Below are positions 16,533 through 22,106 of a DNA stretch of 32,000 bases, piece after piece. Source of the DNA: Halomicrobium mukohataei DSM 12286 (GTDB taxonomy: Archaea > Halobacteriota > Halobacteria > Halobacteriales > Haloarculaceae); contig NC_013202.1 in NCBI RefSeq assembly GCF_000023965.1, forward strand, positions 2,190,001 to 2,222,000, written 5' to 3'. Under the pieces are notes generated by a model. That model was not told the origin of the DNA. It saw only the letters and a program-made list of their open reading frames with translations, and ran no database searches. Position 1 is the stretch's first letter. Every line of letters starts with the position of its first letter. The position numbers were made by a program, and so were the translations under genes.

Positions 16533-16898
16533 GTGACCCTCGATGCACACCGCTGTGAGAACGGTCACGTGACGTATCCCGGCCACACGTTCTGTCCGGA
16601 GTGTGGAGAGAAACAGACCGAGACGGTCGACCTCTCGGAACGCCGCGGCGAGGTCGTCACCTGGACTCACTCGACGGCGACGCCGCCGGGCGTGCGCGAA
16701 CCGAACACGCTGGCGATCGTCGAGTTCGACGTGGCAGACACCGTCGTTCGCGCGCTCGGCCAGGTCACGACCGACGACGTCGAGACCGGCGACGTGGTCG
16801 AACCGGTGTACGTCGAGGAACTGCGTGATCCCGAGATCGGGATCAAGGAACCGGAGAGTCAGGACTGGGACGGGTATCGCTTCCGACCAGTCCAGTGA
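16533..16898 (+). CDS. Zn-ribbon/OB-fold DUF35 protein (thiolase partner subunit)
   Basis: N-terminal rubredoxin-like CENGH....FCPECG followed by an OB-fold segment, 121 aa. The start is GTG, preceded by the SD-like GGGGGTGA at 16519-16526. No in-frame ATG is available. Confidence 0.85.
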   Translation: MTLDAHRCENGHVTYPGHTFCPECGEKQTETVDLSERRGEVVTWTHSTATPPGVREPNTLAIVEFDVADTVVRALGQVTTDDVETGDVVEPVYVEELRDPEIGIKEPESQDWDGYRFRPVQ

Positions 16899-16968
16899 GG
16901 CGTCTCGTCGTCGATCAACTGGTCGGAAGCGATCGGTGAGAGCAGTCCAGTGAGGCGTCTCGTCGTCG
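16888..16968 (+). repeat. tandem duplication: 26-bp perfect direct repeat CAGTCCAGTGAGGCGTCTCGTCGTCG at 16888-16913 and 16943-16968 (55-bp period)
   Basis: Read directly. The first copy contains the last codons and TGA stop of the DUF35 gene. A perfect 13-bp inverted repeat (CGCTTCCGACCAG 16878-16890 / CTGGTCGGAAGCG 16919-16931) brackets the first copy. Confidence 0.8.
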
Positions 16969-17005
16969 TGCGGTCGACCGGGAAAACGGCGACGCCGATC
17001 AGTGT

Positions 17006-17070
17006 CATACGAATTATTGTGGCGATTTACCGGCGACGATCGCCGGTAAGCAACTACGATAAACCGAATC
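17006..17070. repeat. long imperfect palindromic element, copy A (CATACGAATTATTGTGG-CGAT-TTACCGGCGA-CGA-TCGCCGGTAA-GCAA-CTACGATAAACCGAATC)
   Basis: Read directly. It lies between convergent genes (DUF35 gene end 16898, HTH-like gene end 17069). Both 27-nt flanking blocks match the reverse complement of copy B at 25 of 27 positions. Confidence 0.7.
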
Positions 17071-17548
17071 AGTCGGCCGTGACGATCGTCCGTCGAACCG
17101 GTTCGTCGGAGGACTGTTCGGCCAGTCGGTCCAGACAGTCCGCGACGGATTCGGTCTCGGAACCCGCCGCGTGCGGTGCGACGGTCCGGAGGTCGCCGTT
17201 CTCGTAGAGTGCGAGACAGATCGCCGGAAAGACCAGCTCGGTGCGCTTCTCGCCGGTCTCCATCGAGTAGCACTCTCGGGTGTCGAAAAACGGCGTCAGG
17301 CGGGCACCGTTAGACCGGGCCCAGTCGCTGAACTCGTTGTACCGACGCCGCTGTTCGGGCGCGTTCTCCCCGTCGACCGGCAGCCGCTTGTCCCACGACG
17401 TTACGCTGTAGTCGTCGAGGAGTCCCGTCGACGTGAGTCGCTCCAGCCGAGCGATGGTCCGCTGGCTGCTCTGGGTCGCCGGTGTCGGGAGGGTCTCCCG
17501 AACGAATAGCCTCGCCCGAACTCCCCCCGGCTGCTCTGTCGTGGGCAT
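17069..17548 (-). CDS. conserved haloarchaeal protein, putative HTH-type regulator (function unknown)
   Basis: 159-aa ORF with acidic bias. Motifs such as RLERL..GLLDDY.V.SWDKR, YNEFSDWA and FFDTRECYSMETGE....LVFPAICLA resemble a multi-paralog haloarchaeal family that I recall being annotated as HTH-domain proteins. TATA-like TTTTATTAT lies at -26..-34 from ATG 17548. An upstream ATG at 17575 is an alternative start. Confidence 0.6.
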   Translation of the reverse strand: MPTTEQPGGVRARLFVRETLPTPATQSSQRTIARLERLTSTGLLDDYSVTSWDKRLPVDGENAPEQRRRYNEFSDWARSNGARLTPFFDTRECYSMETGEKRTELVFPAICLALYENGDLRTVAPHAAGSETESVADCLDRLAEQSSDEPVRRTIVTAD

Positions 17549-17578
17549 GGTGTCTCTCCGTAGCAGCCCACGCATAAT

Positions 17579-17593
17579 AAAACATGATGTTTT
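17579..17593. promoter_or_regulatory. perfect palindrome AAAACAT-G-ATGTTTT abutting the TATA box of the HTH-like gene
   Basis: Read directly. It lies at -31..-45 from ATG 17548 and overlaps the upstream edge of TTTTATTAT. Confidence 0.45.
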
Positions 17594-17790
17594 TCAGAAT
17601 ATGTATTTGGGTAGTGGCGACGAACACGAACGCAGTACAGGAGCGGGAAGTTACCGCTGGTAAACTCTGGCATCGAGACGTTTCCATTCGATCTACGCTC
17701 ACAGTGTCGGGTGGATGCCCGTGTCGCAGTTCGACACACTGACCGGCGAATATCGTCACGAAGTGATATAGTAACAATTGAAACGATTTA

Positions 17791-17826
17791 CACACCGATC
17801 GCACTGCTGTCGTGCGATCGGGTGTG
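17791..17826 (-). terminator. stem-loop downstream of the 197-aa gene (14-bp stem, one bulge, 7-nt loop)
   Basis: CACACCGATCGCAC-TGCTGTC-GTGCGATCGGGTGTG. It lies 35 nt past the stop at 17861 and is followed on the minus strand by the T-containing TAAATCGTTTCAATTGTT. Confidence 0.5.
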
Positions 17827-17860
17827 CATTGATTTTCAATGGCTACTATAGCTGGCAGTA

Positions 17861-18454
17861 TCAGGAAGCGTCGTCGTCGTCCGAATCGGTCTGATCGCTC
17901 ACGTCGTCCTTCAGCGAACGCAGTTCCGCGTCCACGTCGACGGGCACGTCCTCGCTCTCGTCTTCGCCGTCGGCTTCGAGGCTGGCCGCCGATCCTCCCT
18001 CCGGGCTCCCGTTGGATCGCTCCTCGATGCGGGACTCGATGTCCGCTCGCAGGCGACGGGCTTCGGTCAGGAGCTCGCGCGCCTCGTCGTCCGTGGGCTG
18101 GCCCTCGACGGCGTCCTGGAGATCAGCGAGCGCGCCGTCGAGCTTCGAGAGCGTGGTCGCGCTGAGGCGCTCGGCGCGCGCCCGCACGTCGCTCCCCTCC
18201 GAGTCCGCCGTCGGTGCTCGACCGTCCGCCATCCGCAGCGCCCGCTGGAGGAGCTTCAGGGCCTCGATGTTGGTCCGCAACAGGAGGATCGTCGCGGGAA
18301 TGGCGACGTCGCTGGTCAACCGCATCAGTTCGCGCGGCGTCGGCGGACGCAGCCGATCGTCGTCGTCCCGTGGCTCGAACTCGGTTTCGAGCCGCTGTAA
18401 CGTCGTGACGAGTTCGCCGACCAGGGACGCAAGATCGTCGTCGGAGCTGCTCAT
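17861..18454 (-). CDS. hypothetical acidic coiled-coil protein
   Basis: 197-aa ORF with strong Asp/Glu bias and predicted helical segments (LVGELVTTLQRLE, TNIEALKLLQRALR, LTEARRLRADIESRIE). TATA TTTTTATAG lies at -21..-29, and a strong hairpin lies 35 nt past the stop. No recognisable catalytic motif. Confidence 0.6.
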   Translation of the reverse strand: MSSSDDDLASLVGELVTTLQRLETEFEPRDDDDRLRPPTPRELMRLTSDVAIPATILLLRTNIEALKLLQRALRMADGRAPTADSEGSDVRARAERLSATTLSKLDGALADLQDAVEGQPTDDEARELLTEARRLRADIESRIEERSNGSPEGGSAASLEADGEDESEDVPVDVDAELRSLKDDVSDQTDSDDDDAS

Positions 18455-18498
18455 ACGCGCCCTTGCAGTGTGAGCTATAAAAACCCAGCCGCGGTCGG

Positions 18499-18540
18499 AT
18501 TAGGCGAACCAAAATCCTTTTAGCTTTAGGCATACCTAAC
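18499..18540. promoter_or_regulatory. 16-bp palindrome family, copy 4 (TTTAGGCATACCTAAC, 18525-18540) plus a weaker neighbour (ATTAGGCGAACCAAAA, 18499-18514)
   Basis: Both lie in the 94-bp divergent spacer between the 197-aa gene (start 18454) and the 52-aa ORF (start 18549). Their centres are 26 bp apart. Confidence 0.5.
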
Positions 18541-18548
18541 GTCCGCTA

Positions 18549-18707
18549 ATGGCACCCGTCTCGGAACGCGAACAAGATTCAGACGACGCTCGGACAGAAC
18601 CGTCGGTCAGCGCGCACCAGAGTTCCCCCGACAGAACGGTCTTCACTGAAGACGGAAACTCCGACGCCTGGATCGCGACCGACCTCACGGTCGAACCCTG
18701 GGAGTAA
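18549..18707 (+). CDS. small acidic protein (52 aa), below the ORF-track length cut-off
   Basis: My own translation: MAPVSEREQDSDDARTEPSVSAHQSSPDRTVFTEDGNSDAWIATDLTVEPWE, stop TAA 18705-18707. The C-terminal pattern (TVFTEDGN.D.WIATD..V) resembles small proteins I recall seeing repeatedly in haloarchaeal genomes. A T-rich promoter-like stretch lies at -24..-32. Confidence 0.45.
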   Translation: MAPVSEREQDSDDARTEPSVSAHQSSPDRTVFTEDGNSDAWIATDLTVEPWE

Positions 18708-18755
18708 CGCGGCTCTTCTCCTCGCTACCCGATCTCGATACCGTCAGTTGCGACG

Positions 18756-19301
18756 CTACTGCATCGCGTTCTCGGTGACGAGCGTGTCGTCTTCGAGGTA
18801 GTGCTCGATGTGGTGGGCGTCCTCTTCGGTCTCGACCAGGATCTCGCGGAGGATCTGTGCCGTCGCGTGGTCGCCGAGGTTGGTCGCCAGCTCGACGTGG
18901 TCACGCAGCGACTCGATGATCTCGCCGTACATCTCGAGGTCGTTGGCCAGCGAGGTCCGGATGTCGTACACGTCCTCGTCCTCGGAGTCGACCGGCGCGT
19001 GGTCGGCCAGTGCGGCCGGTCCGGCGACGGGCGTCCCACCGAGTGCCTGGGCGCGCTCGGCGAGTTCGTCGGCCGCCGCTTCGGCGTTTGCGGCGGCGTC
19101 GCCCAGGAACAGGTGGAGGTCGCGAAACTCCGCGCCCTCGACGTTCCAGTGGTGTTTCTTGAGCTGGTGGTAGAGGACGTAGGTCGCCGCCAGGTCGCTG
19201 TTCAGCGCGTCGATGATCTGCTCGGACTTGTCTCGTTCGAGGCGAAGCTCGTTGTCACCGACGGTGCCAAACTCCTGCTGGACGGACGTTTGTTTGCTCA
19301 T
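18756..19301 (-). CDS. dps: DNA-protecting protein during starvation / ferritin-like DpsA
   Basis: YVLYHQLKKHHWNVEGAEFRDLHLFLG, DVYDIRTSLAND, NLGDHATA and EDDAHHIEHYLEDDTLVT are near-identical to Halobacterium salinarum DpsA as I recall it. The ATG at 19301 has a BRE/TATA (CGAAGG TTTTAAG) at -28..-40. The track's longer version starts at a TTG. Confidence 0.9.
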   Translation of the reverse strand: MSKQTSVQQEFGTVGDNELRLERDKSEQIIDALNSDLAATYVLYHQLKKHHWNVEGAEFRDLHLFLGDAAANAEAAADELAERAQALGGTPVAGPAALADHAPVDSEDEDVYDIRTSLANDLEMYGEIIESLRDHVELATNLGDHATAQILREILVETEEDAHHIEHYLEDDTLVTENAMQ

Positions 19302-19326
19302 GGCAACTGCGACTACTACCGGACGG

Positions 19327-19343
19327 CACTTAAAACCTTCGCG
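19327..19343 (-). promoter_or_regulatory. dps core promoter (BRE-like CGAAGG plus TATA TTTTAAG)
   Basis: The minus strand reads CGCGAAGGTTTTAAGTG, with the TATA at -28..-34 from ATG 19301. That spacing is typical of leaderless haloarchaeal transcripts. Confidence 0.55.
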
Positions 19344-19364
19344 ATTCCAGAAACTACTTTTTGG

Positions 19365-19380
19365 TTTTGGCAAACCTAAT
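19365..19380. promoter_or_regulatory. 16-bp palindrome family, copy 5 (TTTTGGCAAACCTAAT)
   Basis: Lies 64-79 nt upstream of the dps ATG (19301), that is about 30 nt upstream of the dps TATA box. Confidence 0.45.
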
Positions 19381-19517
19381 TCTCGAATCCTGCATAACGT
19401 GGCAACTAGATGTAGTGTTTTCCCGCACTCCGTGGGAGCCGATCGGCCGAGACGATCTGCTGTCTGATCGAGAACGACGGTCCCAGAAAGTCGTCTCCGG
19501 CGGTGCCGCGTCGCGAC

Positions 19518-19895
19518 CTACAGCGTGCGGTCGAGCGCCACGTACGCGACACCGTCCGGTGGCGTCGACGACACGCCACTCGCGGTCGAGACGGTCCGGC
19601 GGTGTACGTCGACGACGGCACCGAGCATCGCGTCGCCGACGCCGAGGGCGTCCCCGAACTCGTCCCACACGGTCGACGGAACTCGCAGGTAGTAGACCCC
19701 GGCCGTGCGCTCGATCAGCGGGTCCTCGTACTGCTTGCGCCATTCGTAGACGATGTTCTCGACGCCGGGCAACTCCTCGACTGCCGCCTGGTGGTCGGCG
19801 AGTCGCTGGGTCAACGCTGCTGGATCGACCTCGAACTCGCTGGCCGATCGCTCGACTGCGGCGGTGTCGAACAGGTCGCTGTCGGCGGACTCCAT
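19518..19895 (-). CDS. hypothetical protein (conserved haloarchaeal-like, 125 aa)
   Basis: Acidic ORF MESADSDLFDTAAVERSASEFEVDPAAL...VYYLRVPSTVWDEFGDALG... ATG 19895 was chosen over the basic 23-aa extension in the track. No motif recognised. Confidence 0.5.
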   Translation of the reverse strand: MESADSDLFDTAAVERSASEFEVDPAALTQRLADHQAAVEELPGVENIVYEWRKQYEDPLIERTAGVYYLRVPSTVWDEFGDALGVGDAMLGAVVDVHRRTVSTASGVSSTPPDGVAYVALDRTL

Positions 19896-20006
19896 CGCGC
19901 GACGTTCGCACTCGATGCACAAAAGTCTCAACAATCGATGGTCCGTTCTCACCGCCCGAGACACCGCCAGCAGAATTATCCCGTCACGCAGGGAAGGTCG
20001 AACTGC

Positions 20007-22106
20007 ATGGGACGCCTCTCAACGTTGTTCTCGCCCGACCGGGTCGCCGTCGTCGGTGCGACAGACTCCGACGGTGCGGTCGGTCGCGCGATCACGGAAA
20101 ACTTGCAGGCGTCGTTCGCGGGTGATATCGTCGCCGTAAACCCGTACAAGGAGAGCGTGCTGGGTCTGCACTGCCACGACACCGTGGCCGACGTCGAGGC
20201 AGACATCGACGTGGCGGTGATCGTCGTCCCACCCGACGTCGCCGTCGACTCGATCCGCGAGGCAGGCGAGGCGGGGATCGAGAACGTCGTCGTCATCACC
20301 GCCGGCTTCGGCGAAACCGGCGCAGAGGGCGCAGCACGCGAGAAAGATCTCAGAGAGACGGCCGCCGAGTACGACCTCAACCTCGTCGGCCCGAACAGCC
20401 TCGGCATCATGAGCACGCCGACGGGACTCAACGCCACGTTCGGCAACGAGATGGCAACGAGCGGCGGCATCTCGTTTATGAGCCAGTCCGGCGCGTTCGT
20501 CACGGCGGTCCTGGACTGGGCCGCCGAACGCGACGTGGGATTCAAAGACATCGTCTCGCTGGGCAACAAGGCGATCCTCGACGAACGGGACTTCATCGAC
20601 GAGTGGGGGACAGACCCCGACACCGACGTGATCCTGGGCTACCTCGAAGACATCGAGGACGGCGCGGGCTTCGTCCAGACCGCGCGCGAGGTCACGCAGG
20701 ACACGCCGATCGTGCTCGTCAAGTCCGGTCGGACCGACGCCGGTGCCAGCGCCGCCGCCTCTCACACCGGTGCGATGGCCGGTTCGGAAGCGGCCTACGA
20801 GGCGGGTCTCGAACAGTCCGGCGCGATCCGGGTCGAGACCGTCCAGGAACTGTTCGACTACGCACAGATCCTCGCCGACCAGCCCCTCCCGGAGGGAAAG
20901 GAAGTCGCGATCGTCACGAACGCGGGCGGACCCGGCGTGATGACCACCGACGCTGTCGGCGACAGCGGCCTCGAACTGGCCGACCTGACCGACGACACGG
21001 TCGAGCGCCTCGCCGAGACGATGCCCGACGAGGCCAACATCTACAACCCGGTCGACATCATCGGCGACGCACCGGCAGCCAGGTTCGAGGCGGCCCTGGA
21101 GACCGTCATGGCCGACGACAACGTCGCCATGGCGGTCGTCGTCGCCTGTCCGACCGCGGTCCTCTCGTTCGAGGAGCTGGCGGAGGTCGTCGTCGACTGC
21201 CAGCAGGAGTACGACATTCCCGTCGCGACCACGCTGATGGGCGGCCAGAGCGTCGGCCCCGCTGCCTCGACGTTGACCGAGTCGGGCATTCCGAACTACT
21301 TCGACCCGGCCCGCGCCGTCGACAGCCTCGACGCGCTGGCCCGCTACGACGACATCCAGTCCCGCGAGTACACCGACCCCGAGACCTTCGACGTGGACCG
21401 CGAGCGGGCGCGAGACATCCTGCAGTCGGCCGCGGACCGAAACCAGAACCGCCTCGGCGTCGAGGCCATGGACTTGCTCGACGCCTACGGGATCCCGACG
21501 CCGGAGGGCGAGGTCGTCGACTCCCCGTCGGAGGCCCAGTCGGTCGCGGAATCGATCGGCGACGAGGTCGTCATGAAGATCGTGAGCCCGGACATCCTCC
21601 ACAAGTCCGACATCGGCGGCGTCGAGGTCGGCGTCTCACCGGAGGACGTGTGGGACACCTACGAGGACCTCGTCGTGCGAGCACGCAACTACCAGCAGGA
21701 CGCGACGATCCTCGGCGTCCAGGTCCAGGAGATGCTGGACGTCGACGCGGGCACCGAGACGATCCTCGGGGTGAACCGCGATCCACAGTTCGGCCCGCTG
21801 GTCCTCTTTGGACTCGGCGGCATCTTCGTCGAAGTGCTCGAAGACACCACGCTCCGGGTCGCGCCGGTCTCGGAGCCCGACGCCCGCTCGATGCTCGACG
21901 ACATCGAGTCGGCCCCGCTGTTGCGGGGCGCACGCGGTCGCGATCCGGTCGACGAGGACGCGCTGGTCGAGACGATCCAGCGCCTGTCACAGCTCGTCAC
22001 GGAGTTCCCGGCGATCGTCGAACTGGACATCAACCCGCTCGTCGCGACCAACGACGGCGTCGCGGCGATCGACCTGCGGCTGACCCTCGATCAGGAGGAA
22101 CTATGA
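20007..22106 (+). CDS. acdA: acetate--CoA ligase (ADP-forming), fused alpha-beta type (ACD)
   Basis: LFSPDRVAVVGA CoA-binding start, succinyl-CoA-synthetase-like flavodoxin domains (VITAGF.E.G..G, SQSGA, SAAASHTGAMAGS) and a C-terminal ATP-grasp (MKIVSPDILHKSDIGGV). The 699 aa match the single-polypeptide haloarchaeal ACD. The track ORF starts 504 nt too early. Confidence 0.9.
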   Translation: MGRLSTLFSPDRVAVVGATDSDGAVGRAITENLQASFAGDIVAVNPYKESVLGLHCHDTVADVEADIDVAVIVVPPDVAVDSIREAGEAGIENVVVITAGFGETGAEGAAREKDLRETAAEYDLNLVGPNSLGIMSTPTGLNATFGNEMATSGGISFMSQSGAFVTAVLDWAAERDVGFKDIVSLGNKAILDERDFIDEWGTDPDTDVILGYLEDIEDGAGFVQTAREVTQDTPIVLVKSGRTDAGASAAASHTGAMAGSEAAYEAGLEQSGAIRVETVQELFDYAQILADQPLPEGKEVAIVTNAGGPGVMTTDAVGDSGLELADLTDDTVERLAETMPDEANIYNPVDIIGDAPAARFEAALETVMADDNVAMAVVVACPTAVLSFEELAEVVVDCQQEYDIPVATTLMGGQSVGPAASTLTESGIPNYFDPARAVDSLDALARYDDIQSREYTDPETFDVDRERARDILQSAADRNQNRLGVEAMDLLDAYGIPTPEGEVVDSPSEAQSVAESIGDEVVMKIVSPDILHKSDIGGVEVGVSPEDVWDTYEDLVVRARNYQQDATILGVQVQEMLDVDAGTETILGVNRDPQFGPLVLFGLGGIFVEVLEDTTLRVAPVSEPDARSMLDDIESAPLLRGARGRDPVDEDALVETIQRLSQLVTEFPAIVELDINPLVATNDGVAAIDLRLTLDQEEL

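Noticed and set aside
19302-19373. N-terminal extensions suggested by the ORF track: dps (to 19373), gdh (from 1287), trmB (from 2496), acd (from 19503), bioD (to 24546), the BioU-like gene (to 26410), the MinD-like gene (to 31299) and the 263-aa protein (to 29864).
   Set aside because: The extensions start at TTG/GTG or read through neighbouring genes or promoters, are basic, and precede an ATG that reproduces the known family N-terminus with a TATA box about 27 nt upstream.
19381-19400. tRNA-like T-loop fragment (TCTCGAATCC), and other places where I looked for tRNA or rRNA.
   Set aside because: There is no flanking acceptor or T-stem complementarity and no D-loop or anticodon arm. I found no convincing tRNA, rRNA, CRISPR repeat array, transposase or integrase anywhere in the window.
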